From Eledone cirrhosa (Eukaryota), in the NCBI GenBank assembly GCA_964016885.1, contig OZ024741.1, forward strand, positions 34,534,001 through 34,598,000: DNA of 64,000 bases. The letters run 5' to 3'. The position numbers and the translations under genes were made by a program. Below, piece after piece: positions 1 to 12,482 of the stretch; position 1 is the first letter of the stretch, and every line of letters begins with the position of its first letter. The notes beneath the pieces are model-generated. The model was not told where the DNA came from. It searched no databases and was given only the letters and a program-made list of their open reading frames with translations.

Positions 1-245
1 AGCTTAGCACTACAAAAGTTGTTATTTCCTCAGCAACACACACATATATATGTTGTGTCATCAATTGCTGTGTGGGTCAATGCCTGACACTCCCCCAGTG
101 CCACACACTGGGATATCAAACCCACAAACTAATGGTTATGAAACTTCATAACCATATTAGTATCTGTGCACAGTAGTGATATATAAAGATTCCAGGGTTC
201 AAGCTAAAAAATATTACAAAATCTGATATTAGAAAAAAAACTTAC

Positions 246-343
246 CTAGGATCTAGAGTTTTCATACCTAGTGGACCCAATAAGACACTTTCTGCAATTG
301 TTAATGCATACCATGCTTTCTCAGGTGAAAATAATTCAGGAGC
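246..343 (-). CDS. AGL: AGL exon (98 nt); remaining 3' exons lie left of the window
   Basis: tctag acceptor, gtaag donor. Encodes [32 protein letters not shown]. Confidence 0.95.
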
Positions 344-849
344 CTAGAAATTAATAAGAGAAGTAAGTGAGAAACTGGAACCAGACATAAATTAGATTAT
401 AAATTAAATTTATAAAACTATTGCTTCGAAACCCTGATGTTGGTTATCACTTTTAACTGGAGACTACTGTATTATAAATTACACTTTTTTCAATGTAAGT
501 GTATGAAATACTAGCATGCAGCTTATCTTTTGGACCTACAAAGCCTCAATTTAAGATACATAGGACAGATATCCCTTATGTTAAGGAAAATTGGCGTGCA
601 GAATTTAGCACTTTTGGAAATAATAAAATATGATACCGATTTGGGTATACAGACCATAAATCAAGGTAAACAACACTTTGGTCTCAGATGTTGTGGATGT
701 TAATGGGTGTTGGTGTTGAATAAGTGTTGTGTAATAAAGTGGTTCTGTGTTTGGTTAATAATTGGATTAATCAGATGTGTATTGCAGGTATGTTGTGTAA
801 GCCTTTGGTTAGTTAGGTAATTTTGTTGGTTATTGTGGAGTGTTGTATG

Positions 850-1185
850 TGATGCTAGTATCATCATATTTATCATTATGTATGCTTTATTCTACAGGAA
901 AAGTTTTGACAATATTGATGTGTAATCGTTCTGATCGATCGACAAGATCCCAGACCTCATTCGCTTGCCGAGTGGGGTGGACTGCATCAAATTGGACCAA
1001 GGAAACAATGTTTCCATTAGTCTTTCCATTACTGATACTATCTACCAGTTGCAACTCCTGCCAGAAAGAGCAACATAAAATAAAGAGTCTTGCTCAAGGA
1101 CACAGTGCATCACCCAGTCCGAGAATTGAACTCGCAACCTCATGATTGCAAATCCAACTCTCTAACCACTAAGCCATGCACCTTG
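850..1185 (-). mobile_element. tRNA-derived SINE; related copies at about 5880-6050 (-) and 7930-8280 (+)
   Basis: Minus strand GGCTTAGTGGTTAG (A-box-like) ... GAGTTCAATTC (B-box-like), followed by the recurrent TGTGTCCTTGAGCAAG core. Confidence 0.6.
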
Positions 1186-1498
1186 TGTAATAGTGTTGTG
1201 TAATGGAGTAGTTCTCTGTATTTGATGGATTGTTATTCTGAGGGTTATTTGGTTTGTACTGTAGATGTCTGGGGATACATTTAGTTGTGTGTATATTCTT
1301 TTGCTATTGTTGAAGGATGTAACAGTTATGTGTTATCAGTTTATTTGTCCTTATGTGTGCATTTGTCTTTGGAAAATGTTCTGGCATTGTGGTTGGCTAG
1401 AATTGTTTGACTTCTTTATTGTTTGTAGGGGCCATATTATATTTGAGGAACTTTCATACAAGTCTTGCATATATATATATATATAATATCAATAATAT

Positions 1499-2314
1499 AA
1501 GTATGTATATGTACATACAGTAGTATGTATATATATACATACATGCACACATATATATATATATATGTACGTATGGATTTACCGAACATTTATTATAAGG
1601 CTCAGTGTATTTGTAAACAAACATCCCAAATTAAGCCGCACAGTGTTTAGCAACCATCGTTGCTCATTTGTTCAACATTGACAAAGGAACGATGTACTAG
1701 TTTCAAGCTTATTAGCTATCGTCAGCACCGTATACCTTCCTGCCAGATGATTGAACGTCTGAAAGTATATACTTTCCTTATACATATTAACGGCTGAGCA
1801 GCCTAATTTGCATATCGAGTGAGTTAATCGGCCGGGCGCACCGAAAACGATAAATGGAAAAAAATGAAACAAAATTTCATTTCTCACTCTTAGTACGGCT
1901 GTTACTTAAATATAAGTATGTATACGTACATACATATCTTTATACAGACTGTTGCTCAGCCGTTAATATGCATAAGGAAAGTATATACTTTCAAACGTTC
2001 AATCATCTGGCAGGAAGGTATACGGTGCTGACGATAGCTAATAAGCTTGAAACTAGTACATCGTTCCTTTGTCAGTGTTGAACAAAAGGGCAACGATGGT
2101 TGCTAAACACTGTGCGGCTTAATTCGGGATGTTTGTTTACAAACACACCGAGCATTATAATAAATGTTCGGTAAATCCATACTTACATATATATATATAT
2201 GTGTGCATGTATGTATATATATACATACTACTGTATGTCTGTATACATATATGTATGTACGTATACATATATGTATGTACGAGTGAGAAATGAAATCTTG
2301 TTTCATTTTTTCCG
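1499..2314. mobile_element. Non-coding fold-back element carrying hammerheads, with 14-bp TSD
   Basis: Inverted arms at about 1499-1800 and 1952-2275. AATATCAATAATAT is repeated at 1485-1498 and 2315-2328. Confidence 0.75.
2014..2070 (+). ncRNA. Minimal type-I hammerhead ribozyme; inverted copy at 1683-1739 (-)
   Basis: ACGGUG-CUGACGA-UAGCU AAUA AGCUU-GAAA-CUAG-UA-CAUCGU, with stem I extended by AAGG/CCUU. Confidence 0.8.
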
Positions 2315-2553
2315 AATATCAATAATATTAAATGGAAAACATCTTTATAAAACCATATTTATTTTATTATACGTATTTCAAGGTTACTAATATTTTAGTA
2401 CGCTTTCGTCAGATAAAATACAATAATTGGTGTAAAGTTAGTGACATATCTTCAGACGAAAGCGTACTAAAATATTAGTACCCTTGAAATACGTATAATA
2501 AAATAAATATAGTTTTATAAAGATATTTTCCATTTATTAATATTATTGATATT
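2315..2553. repeat. Fold-back of about 95-bp arms containing a hammerhead
   Basis: 2315-2410 is the near-perfect reverse complement of 2455-2553. Confidence 0.85.
2361..2419 (-). ncRNA. Type-I hammerhead ribozyme
   Basis: AUUUUAU-CUGACGA-AAG cg UACUAA aaua UUAGUA ac CUU-GAAA-UACGUA-UA-AUAAAAU. Confidence 0.8.
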
Positions 2554-2843
2554 AATGATACTCCAGAAAAACTGTTGAGTGCTTCTAATCTGTTGTAAAT
2601 TAACTTTGTTGAATAATCAACAAACCAAATAACTCATTGTTTATATATATAGGGTGCTTGTGCCTGTATTTACATTGTTGTTCCATAACTTAGCATTTTG
2701 ACAAAAAGAGATAAATAAATGAGACTTAAAAATATAAATACTAGAGTTCAATATGGTTAACTTAACAGAAACTTTCTACAAGTTGGTGCTCCAGTATGGC
2801 CTAAAACCAGTAAAAGAATAAAAGAGTATATGAATTTACTAAC

Positions 2844-3046
2844 CACAACCATAGCAATTGGGAAGTTGGGGCGTAATTGGAAATCACACCAAGGCTGAGA
2901 AGCACCCACTGAATCTTTGTAAATGCCCTTGCGGTTAATATATTTGTAGTTTTCACTATCTGGTGATGGATTTCTGTGAACCCAGAAGTACTTTTCAAAG
3001 TTGTTTTTAATCAATTCAGCCCATTGGGCAAATGTGATGTTTTTGC
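2844..3046 (-). CDS. AGL: AGL exon (203 nt)
   Basis: ttgccag acceptor, gttagt donor. Encodes KNITFAQWAELIKNNFEKYF...GIYKDSVGASQPWCDFQLRPNFPIAMVV. Confidence 0.95.
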
Positions 3047-3459
3047 CTGGCAAGAGAAAGAAATCATAAAAGATTTTGTTTTTTTAATTATCATGCTTAA
3101 AGACTCACAAAAATTGTTTGATCCTTTTGATACCAACCAATGTTTATATTTATTAAAAAATCTTCCATCATAATTTTATGTAAGAATGCTCATTAAGTTA
3201 TGATTCAAACACTTTATCCCTCCAAATTCTCGATCATTTTCAAAATTATTTGAAAAGCATAAGTGTCTTTCATTAAAAATATAGTAATAATAGAGTTAAT
3301 CTTTTTGTGACCATATTTCTAATGAAATGTGCTGCCAATGAATAATAACTAATTTAGAAAATAATTAAAAATTTGGAAAAATTTAGCAAAATGCATAAAC
3401 CTTTCATTAGTAATGTTTGGAACATTACTTAACAAAAAGATTTTACATAAACTTATGTT

Positions 3460-3935
3460 GGGCAGTTTCAATATAAATTGCTCCCTCCCACATCATGGAT
3501 ATGAGGGCCACTGCTTCCGTTGCTAAAGAGAATAAAATCCAAAAATACTGGGATCTATCTAACAATTATTTTTTCCAGCCTGTAGCATTCAAAATGTTTG
3601 ATGGAGTTGGGCCACTGACAGTGAAGTTCTTGTCATAACTCGCGGCTCATCTTACTGAGGTGTCAGGTGATGTCCGAAAGGGTGCCTGGTTGTTTCAGTA
3701 CCTTAGCCTCACCATCAACCATGTTATTGCTGAGAGCATATTGGCTTGTCTCAAAATATTGTTGACCCTTGTGATGTGCTGCCAATTGTTGCACTTGGTG
3801 GTAAATTGAAGGTCATTTTTGTTTTCCCTTTTGTTTTCTTTCTCTCGCTCTGATCTCATATAATTTGGTGCATTATATTTGTGAGGTTCCTAGCAATAGT
3901 TAATTGTATTTATTATATGTGTTTATATACCGTCC
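3460..3935 (+). mobile_element. Degraded 3' end of a restriction-like-endonuclease LINE (CRE-like); second fragment at about 18575-18890
   Basis: Hand translation FFQPVAF.MFDGVGP...SGDVRKGAWLFQYLSLTI...ESILAC. Homologous stretch at 18590-18690. Confidence 0.55.
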
Positions 3936-4401
3936 AAACCCATGCAAGCGTGGAAGATGGACGTTAAACGATGATGATGATGATGATTTTCATTCTAAAA
4001 GAATTGTGAGCAATTTTTAATGTTATTTATACAATTGTGAATAAAACTATGAATTTTGTATCTTAAACCCAAGGATGGTTTTAGTTGGCTAGTAATAAAA
4101 GAGTTAAGATGTTGATATCAGAAATCAAATAAGACATAGTTATACACACATACACGCAGAGTTTATATGGTACAGAACGAGCAGTTTTAAATGAAACCTA
4201 TATTTTATATCTGGCCTATTATCAGCTTTGACTGGATGTGATGATGACAATAATATAAAGCTAATGAGATTCTTTTAGTAAAAGAATATGAAAAAGAGGT
4301 TGTCAAAATCATGGAAATGTATCTCAAAATACCAAATCTACTTTGTTTACTGTGGAAATGAGGGAGAAAATTTAAAACTAAGCTTTGTTGAATTAAAACA
4401 T

Positions 4402-4745
4402 TCATCATCATCATCATCACCATCATGGTTTTTATGTCCTCTTTTCCATGCTTGCATGGGTTGGACAGGTCCCTTTTAGCACAACATCTCTCCACTTGTC
4501 ACATTTCTTTGTCATCTCCTTTGCCAGTCTTAGTGATTTAAGGTCTGCTCTCACAACCTCTGCCCAGGTCTTTTTTGGTCATCCTCTATTGTGGCTTCCT
4601 TCCATTGGGATTTCCTGGCATTTCTTCACCCATGTGCATCACATGTCCATACCAATGCAGTCTTCTCTCCTGTACACCATCTTGGATTCCCCTTAAACCC
4701 AGCTTCTCCCTCAGCTCGTCCAAGTTTTGCATTTCTCTCACATTT
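4402..4745 (-). mobile_element. Old RTE 3' fragment
   Basis: Similar to 58339-58640; (CAT)n on the + strand. Confidence 0.65.
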
Positions 4746-5078
4746 ACATTATATGAAACAATTCTCTCTCATTAAAACACTTCTGCTGAATACCAACAGT
4801 AGCTTTGGTGTAAGTAGCTTCCAAATTAGACATGCAACCTTAAAACTCTAACAGTGAGAGAGAAACAAGATGGTGTGTGTTTTCAGTTTATAATAGGTAC
4901 ACCATATCCTGCATGTCATATGAGGCAACTAAAGGGTTGATGCTAGGAAGGACATCCATTCATAAAATATTGTTGGATAAAGATCCCATGATGTATATAA
5001 AGCCTGTCTAGGGGCCTACAAAGCTAACCCCAGTTTCAGCAGGGAAACTAGCCTTAGGATATTTGTTTTGTCTGTAAG

Positions 5079-5081
<3 letters not shown>

Positions 5082-5173
<92 letters not shown>
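5082..5173. repeat. (GA)n microsatellite
   Basis: Direct reading. Confidence 0.97.
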
Positions 5174-5177
<4 letters not shown>

Positions 5178-5241
5178 AGAAGCTGTAGCATTCATGATTT
5201 CCTTATGAAACTTATTTTAACATTCTTTATAAAGAACTTAC

Positions 5242-5351
5242 CATTTCCTACTTTAACATTGCAATAGCGATAGCTTCCATCCTCATACATTTGGTTTAAC
5301 CATTTCAAAGCTGAATAACTGAGAGCCACCAGTTCTACAGCAGAACCATCC
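5242..5351 (-). CDS. AGL: AGL exon (110 nt)
   Basis: tttag acceptor, gtaagt donor. Encodes DGSAVELVALSYSALKWLNQMYEDG. Confidence 0.94.
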
Positions 5352-6364
5352 CTAAAAATAAATAAAGAGTAGTTAGCACATATTAATGCACATGGGAGAA
5401 TTCTTCAATATAGCACTGGGGCTGTTGGGTGGCCAGTCCACCAGGGCCGTGGGGCGGCCGGCGCATGGGCTCCCATTTGCTCATAATAGTGAGAGATGGG
5501 GAGAGCGAGAGAGATGGAGGCAATGACAGTGGAAGTTTGGTTCCTTTGTGTTCAGACCTGGTGTAAATGTATATATTTGATGAACAAAATACTATTCCTA
5601 AATAGGGCTCTGAAGGTTAAATTTTATGGGGACCTCATTTGCAACCAGCAAAAAAAAAAAAAAAAAAAAAAAAAAGGCAATAGTTGCTTCTAGGGCCTCT
5701 CTCTAAGGTTACTAAGGTTACAGGCTCTGAAGCATAAACTTCATTAGTTTCAAAGTAAATCTATCTCACCTCCTAATTTATTATTTTACATCCATTTTTC
5801 CATATTTGCAGAGGTTGGAAAAAGCATACAGCTTATCCTGGTCTAACAGGTATTAAGTGTCTGAGAGAACAAGTCAGGACACCAATGTGTTGCAAGATTA
5901 ACTACCAACACATTTTTTGGTGAGTGAACTGATGCAACATTAAATGAAATACCTTGCTCAAGGACACAGTGTGTCACCCAGTCTGAGAATCTAAGCCATG
6001 AATACATCTTTGTGAGTCCAGCACCCTAACTACTTAGGCACACACCTTCACCAATTATTCAATATAGCAAAAGCAAATCTTATTTCTAAGCAATGGTGGT
6101 CCTACTAATTTGGGCTCTGAAATAGGAACTGTTAAGGGGACCCCTTTGTAACCTGTGACATTAGAGCAAAAGTTACTTCTGTAGACCTTTTGAGGTTAGG
6201 GGCCTTGAAGCTTAAATTGTTATGCAATAGTTGCTTCTGAGACTCCATCCAAGTTTAAGGGCTCTGGAGTTTGAGCATTTTTTGGTTTCACGGTAGATTC
6301 ACCAGTTTCTAACAAAATCTAGCAAGCAGAAAGCTCCTCAAAATTTAGAATTAACATTAAGTAC

Positions 6365-6500
6365 CTTGGTGTTGCTGGGTGACCACGATTTCCAGCTTTC
6401 TCCGAACTTCCCATCATGTCCATCCATGTACCACAGTTGTGCTTGTTTCCTCCATAAACAAAACCAGTTGTCCAATCAATTCCAATATTGTTGTTAAAAC
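6365..6500 (-). CDS. AGL: AGL exon (136 nt) with the glucosidase catalytic WMD motif
   Basis: taaag acceptor, gtactt donor. Encodes [44 protein letters not shown]. Confidence 0.95.
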
Positions 6501-6687
6501 CTTTAAAATAGCAGAGATTGGTATCAGAAAACTGTTTAATAGATTATGTGTGCTGGAAATTTTCTATATTTTCTTGAATGTAGGCACAAGCATGGTTAAG
6601 AAGTTTGATTTGTAACAACATGATTTGTAGGAAGTTTGCTCTCTCTCTCTCTTTTTTTTCTTTGAAGAAGTTTAATCATACAGACAT

Positions 6688-6914
6688 TTAACCCTTTAGC
6701 ATTTAAACCAGCCGTATCCGGCCAGAATTCTCTCACCTCTTTCTGTTCAAACTGGCTATAACTGACCACTCATACTAATGTGAAGGTATTGTTCTCAAAA
6801 TAATTAATATCAACATCTCTGATTCGATATTATGTGAGATAATTGTGTAAGATAAAGCCTTTACTGCAAAAATACAATAGTAAATATAGAGTAATGTAAA
6901 TGCTAAAGGGTTAA
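6688..6914. mobile_element. piggyBac-type MITE; second copy at 23035-23250
   Basis: TTAA-CCCTTTAGCATTTA...TAAATGCTAAAGGG-TTAA terminal inverted repeats with TTAA duplication; internal sequence is shared with 23035-23250. Confidence 0.8.
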
Positions 6915-7199
6915 CTGACAAATTTAACAAGAAAGCTTTCTGCTTTACAGCCCCATCTTTCTCTTAACCCAAATTCCACATCCTATTTTACAGATGTTGG
7001 TTAGCTGTTTGAAGAATATCCATCTGTGTAAACAATTGTAAAGTCTCTACTTGTTTGAAATTCTGATAATGTTATGAAATATAAGACACCTGAAGAAGTC
7101 TGAAGGGTAGAGTGGCCAAAACATTGTGACGATAACAACCAGGATGAGGACACTACTCCACATAAATCAGTGCATAACAATTAAAAAATATAATAATTG

Positions 7200-7380
7200 T
7201 TTCTACTTTTGGCACAAGGCCAGCAATTATCCCAGTGTATTACTGGCACTTTATTTTATCGACCCCATAAGGATGAAAGGCAAAGTTAACCTCGGCGGGA
7301 TTTGAACTCAGATCATAAAGAGCCGTAACTCTTTGCTGCAAAGAATGGCGTCCGACTCTACCGATACTGCCAATCCAAAT
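7200..7380 (-). mobile_element. SINE of a second family; copies at about 10465-10655, 14260-14420, 18470-18570, 23755-23900, 29140-29255 and 30870-31080
   Basis: Recurrent core GGCACAAGGCCAGCAATT...TTTATCGACCCC..AAGGATGAAAGGCAAAG...GGATTTGAACTCAG. Confidence 0.65.
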
Positions 7381-7592
7381 CCGTGTGGGTCATAAAAGGG
7401 TTAGTGCCAAGAAAGACATCTGGCTGTAAAACATTGCTTCAAAAAAGATCACATGATGAGTGTGAATTCTAGCATTGGGCTTGCAAAGCGAACCCTGGAC
7501 TTAGCAGGGAAAATCACCTTGAAATGCTTAAGTATTGTTGTATAATTATAAAGTAAAAATTTTAAAAATTTCAGTTCTTAGTTGTATCTTAC

Positions 7593-7704
7593 CTTCATTT
7601 GACATATGCATGTCAAGTTTATCACCAGCATTTCGTTCACGGAATTCTAAACCTTGACCATGTACATTAAGACCTTCTTGAATAACTCTAATCAAAAGTT
7701 GAAT
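7593..7704 (-). CDS. AGL: AGL exon (112 nt)
   Basis: tttag acceptor, gtaag donor. Encodes IQLLIRVIQEGLNVHGQGLEFRERNAGDKLDMHMSNE. Confidence 0.94.
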
Positions 7705-9563
7705 CTAAAAGAAGACATTTAAGAAATTAATATGATTTTTAAAAAATAATTAACAACTCTATTTACTCATGCATAAGTCATACCTTTTTTCTCTATAAAA
7801 ATATAACATAAGCATGCAACTTAGCAACTGAACCTACAAGACCTTCATTCTAAACAAGTACTGAGCCAAGAATGTAAAATTGAGGTACGACATATAAGCA
7901 TGTATATACGCTATATAATATTAGGAGGTGATTGCATGCCTGGCTAAATGTTTAAGAAGTTTGCTTCACAATCATAAGATCCTAGGTTTGATCTCACTGT
8001 GTGGCACCTTGGGTGTCATTTACCATAGCCTCTGATTGATAAAAGCCTTTTGAATAAACCTGGGGAGACACAAACTGTTTAGAAACCAGTTAGATGAACT
8101 GCATTTGTAATTCAAATGGTTAGCCTTGTTACACACAGTGACATGCTGAAACTTCCTGAGAATTACATTAAGGGCACACATGACTAAGGAATATACAGCC
8201 ACTTGTACATTAATTTCACGAGCAGGTAGTCCCATTGATCAAACAATCATTGTTGAAATTAACTGGGGTCCATTCCATTCTCATATTAGCAGTTGGGAAA
8301 TATAGAAACCAATTTATAAACATCACTTGTTATATAATCTAGGATGTCAGATTTAGATGATAGCATATATATTATTGAGTTTTGAAGCAGTTTTTTAAAG
8401 AATTGTATTAATATATGCATATAAAATTAAACAATGTTTTATTTATAACTTTTTCAGTTTAAAAGACTTTCATCACTGAGTATAAAATTTGTTTTGTTAT
8501 TTCACATAAGGAACTTTTTAGCATTGGTTGAAATTTGAAAAAGCAAAAGCTTTAGTTGAATTTAACCTAAAAGATATTAGGGAATATTTTTATCCTTTTC
8601 TAAGTGTGAATGTAAGACCTATTTTGTTCAAAGTTTGAAAAAGCATTGTTCCGTCAGTAACTTTTTGAAAAAAATGATCTACTAAGGATTTTGCTTCAAC
8701 TAAGATTGTTAATCAACACTAAAAACTAAAAACTTTTCAGTAATATATATGGTCTCTATCTTTCAAATTCTAAGTCTCACACATAAAAGAGAATAATATG
8801 AAAATATACCAGAACATCTATAATCTGTTCCTTCAACTTCTAACATTCCCAAAAGTTCCTTGCATGAAAACACAAAATAGCTCTTATATTCACAAAACAG
8901 ATCTTATATTCTTATATTCAGTTTTGTCAACTGAAAAATTTATGAGTAAAATGCTGTTTGATTTTAAATGCATTGTTTGGCCTTCCAGTCAATTAAATAT
9001 ATTAGATGATAGGCTTAAAATGCCACATAGTTTAATGAGACCACATAATTCATGGGTGTGCATGGACCCCTGACTCCTGATAGAATCATAGAGGTGCTGT
9101 CATTACCCTTTGTTTGACATGCTATCTATGGCTGGATGCCCTTCCTATCACCAATTACATTACAGAGTATACTGGTTGGGTTTATCATGTAGATCACCAA
9201 TAGTAGGGAGGTTGTAATGACTTTGACACAACTGAAGAATTCCTCCAAACCTTTGTTTGGCAAGTTTTTTTTATAGATATTCTTCCTATCACCAACCATT
9301 TTACAGAATTTAGTGGGTGCGTTTATTGTGTAGATCACCAAAACTAGGGAGGTCTATGTCATAAAATTATAGTGTAAGTGACTGAGTATTCCACAGACAC
9401 TTGTACCTTAGCATAATGCTTTTGCATAATTTACACATGAATGATGATTCTTAACTGTTTACACATGAATAACCTCCATCAGAGTTTACCAATGAATTAT
9501 AATCTAGAATTTAAAGAAAAGAAAGAGTAATTTTAAAATTAGTAAAAAAATCTGGGAAAATAC

Positions 9564-9789
9564 CTCAGGTTTGATAATATTGGCTTCAGAATCATCAGTT
9601 GGGTAAATACGAGCCACTTTATCTTTGAGAATACTGACGCCATTTGGAGCAAGTTTGCAATAGTCTTGAATGCATTGTAACCACCACCAGTAGGCATCAC
9701 GGCAATTGAACCGTGCACCTTCTCCTTCTAACAAAAGGTTAGGAATGAGACCATGACGCAAACAGCCACCGTAGGCTAAAATCATGTAT
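9564..9789 (-). CDS. AGL: AGL exon (226 nt)
   Basis: tgcag acceptor, gtattt donor. Encodes [19 protein letters not shown]...[18 protein letters not shown]...IYPTDDS. Confidence 0.96.
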
Positions 9790-9904
9790 CTGCAAACATA
9801 TAACATGTGATTAGATAAACATACAATTTATTTTGTTTTGATCTCAGATCAAAATATAATTAAATTGTTCATTTGAAATATTTCAGAGTAGTAAATTTAT
9901 TTAC

Positions 9905-10007
9905 CGAGCTTCTTGGAATCTCCCAGTGAGCAAAAGATTTCCTCTGATAGCAATAAAAGTATCTCTTCCCCAGTTTCTGGCAAATCCATGTGAGAAATGA
10001 GGAAGCC
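9905..10007 (-). CDS. AGL: AGL exon (103 nt), glucosidase domain
   Basis: ctacag acceptor, gtaa donor. Encodes [33 protein letters not shown]. Confidence 0.96.
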
Positions 10008-10722
10008 CTGTAGAAGAGAAGAAATGGATTTCTTTTGGTGAAATAACAAAATAAATAAACAAATGAATAAATATAATAAAATAAGTAAAAATAAGTAAAT
10101 ATATCTTTATCGTCATTCTATGTCCATTTTCCATGTTAGTATGTTGGATTAGACAGATTAACAGAGTCAGAGTGTAGATGGGTCAGAGAACCACACATTC
10201 CATATTTAATATTTAACAGCTGTATTCTCTTCTAAATGCAAACCATTTTACAGAACATACTGGGTACTTTTCATCATGGCACCAGTACTACAATTTTATA
10301 GAGTATACTGGGTGCATTTTATAGTGGCATCAGTATTACAATTTGAAAGAGTGTACTGGGTGCATTTTACCATGATACCAGCACAACCACTTTACAGGGA
10401 GTACTGAGGGCATTTTATCATAATACCTGCCCTACCATTTTGTGCCTTTTATTGCAAATAAATAATTGTTTCTATTTTTGGCACAAGGCCAGTAATTACC
10501 CAGTACATTACTGGTACTTTATTTTATCGACACCGTAAGGATGAAAGGCAGAGCTAACCTCGGCGGGATTTGAACTTAGAATGGCAAGGGCCGTAACTCT
10601 ATGCATCAAAACATGGTCTCCGACCCTCTACTAATACTGCCAATCCACCGCCATGCAAATTAATAATTAATAAACTAATTGCATGAATTTACAAAAGAAA
10701 TTGAGAGAAAGGAGAATCTCAC

Positions 10723-10904
10723 CAGCACTCAGGGTGAGGCAATCTTGATGTTTTCTGCCTTTTTCATCAATATACAATACATTGGGACGAGGAGCATCCA
10801 AATCATCAGCTAAAGGTGGAAGTTCAGCATTTTTAACAAAACCACAAAACTGAATTGAACCCAGTGAAAGGGCTTGTACAAATGATGAGCCTTGCTGAAT
10901 AAAA
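10723..10904 (-). CDS. AGL: AGL exon (182 nt)
   Basis: tttcag acceptor, gtgaga donor. Encodes FIQQGSSFVQALSLGSIQFCG...QDCLTLSA. Confidence 0.93.
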
Positions 10905-11389
10905 CTGAAATTTCAGAGAAAAGAAAAAAAATGGAAATTGTAAAAATATTTTAAAAAAAAAGAAAAAATCAAAAAAGGAAAAACTGAGCTAAGAAAGGAA
11001 CTTTGATAATGCAATTTGATCAGAGTTATATTAGGTTAGTGCTGTAAAGGAGTCCTAAACTTTAAAAGAATCATCATCATCATCATCATCGTCTAATGTC
11101 TATCTTCCACGCTAGCACGGGTTAGACGGGAATTGTCCCACTTGAGGTAAGATTGATCGGGTGACCGTGTCTCACTTGTACACTATTGAAATTAAAACAT
11201 TATCCACTTTATTGAATTATAATTATTTTTGTGGATCCAGCTGCATATAGACAAGGCATATAGACAAGGTAGCATGTAGTCAGGGTAGGAGTGAAATTGA
11301 AATAAATACAAGGATTTCGCTACTATTATTTTAGCTAAAACTTGATATTTACCTGCTAGCTGAAGTGTTTAAGAGATGTCAAGGCATGT

Positions 11390-11960
11390 TAGCCATTGGT
11401 CTCACAGCACATTTCTTCAGTATTTTCTCCTGTTAATTTAAAGGTTGGAACCAAACTAGGATGTGAAGCAACTGCCTATGCAATGAGGATATTTATGAAT
11501 ACAGCTTCTGAGGCCCACAAGGTTGTTCTCACACTTGATCCTATGAACATCTTCAATTTTATCAAGCATGCTGTCATCCTCAGCTCAGTGAAGGTGAAGG
11601 CTCCAGAGCTCCACCACTTTGATTAGCAGGTTTATCAAGAGCCTACCCATCTCTTTTTGAGAGACTGGTGTATCCTCTTTACCTCAGGGAGATTCAGTGT
11701 GATACAATGTGTATCATGGCTCTTGTTCCTTGAATTACAGATACAGTCAATCTGACAGGGTTCCAAAAGTTTCCATCTACCTAAAACACTCTGCATTATC
11801 AAATTTATATCTGATACTTGCAGAAGTGGTGCCTGGGTATTTAGCACCCTGGGTAGCTCTACAACATGCACCCCCTTCTCCCAGTTACGAGTCTCATTCC
11901 CCAAATAAGATAATTCCAACTTACAGTTTAGTAAGCTGATAAACCTAGTTTTGACACTTT
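11390..11960 (+). mobile_element. Degraded non-LTR RT, CRE-like clade (inferred)
   Basis: LKVGTKLGCEATAYAMR...VLTLDPMNIFN...APEL resembles CRE-type RT N-terminal motifs; many stops. Confidence 0.5.
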
Positions 11961-12348
11961 TTACTCTGACCATGCTAAGAAAATGACTAAGCCTGTATTT
12001 TTCACTACATAGTCCACACTCACCCATGAGAAATCATGTGGCAGGTCATTACATCATACAACCCTCTATACTGCTTTGGATATTTCTACAACACTACTGC
12101 ATGGCAAAGATATTTAGCATTTTTTTTTTATTGATTGCAGGAAACAATTATATATTTAATGTAATTATTCAATATATATATATATATATCATCACTGTTT
12201 AACATCTATTTTCTATGCTTGCATTGTGTACTTGAAGCATTTTATCATGACTCCAACAAGGTGGACTGGGTGCTTTTTGTCATGGTACCTATTCTGAACT
12301 GAATACACACAGATATTAAATAAAAGAAGAAAAAAAAGAATAACTCAC

Positions 12349-12482
12349 TCTGACATTAATTCCAAGGCACGATCTTGGATAATAATAAATGCTCCAGAGA
12401 CAACAGCATCAAAATAAGATGGGATCAGATAACGAGGCATAGCTCGCAGGTGACTAAAGACCTTGTCAAACCACTCACCAAG
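12349..12482 (-). CDS. AGL: AGL exon (134 nt)
   Basis: tttcag acceptor, gtgagt donor. Encodes LGEWFDKVFSHLRAMPRYLIPSYFDAVV...LMS. Confidence 0.94.

Noticed and set aside
7087-7129. CAC-CTGAAGA...GGCC-AAAA-CATTG-TG hammerhead-like relic
   Set aside because: The GAAA core is mutated to AAAA and stem II is broken; probably a dead copy.
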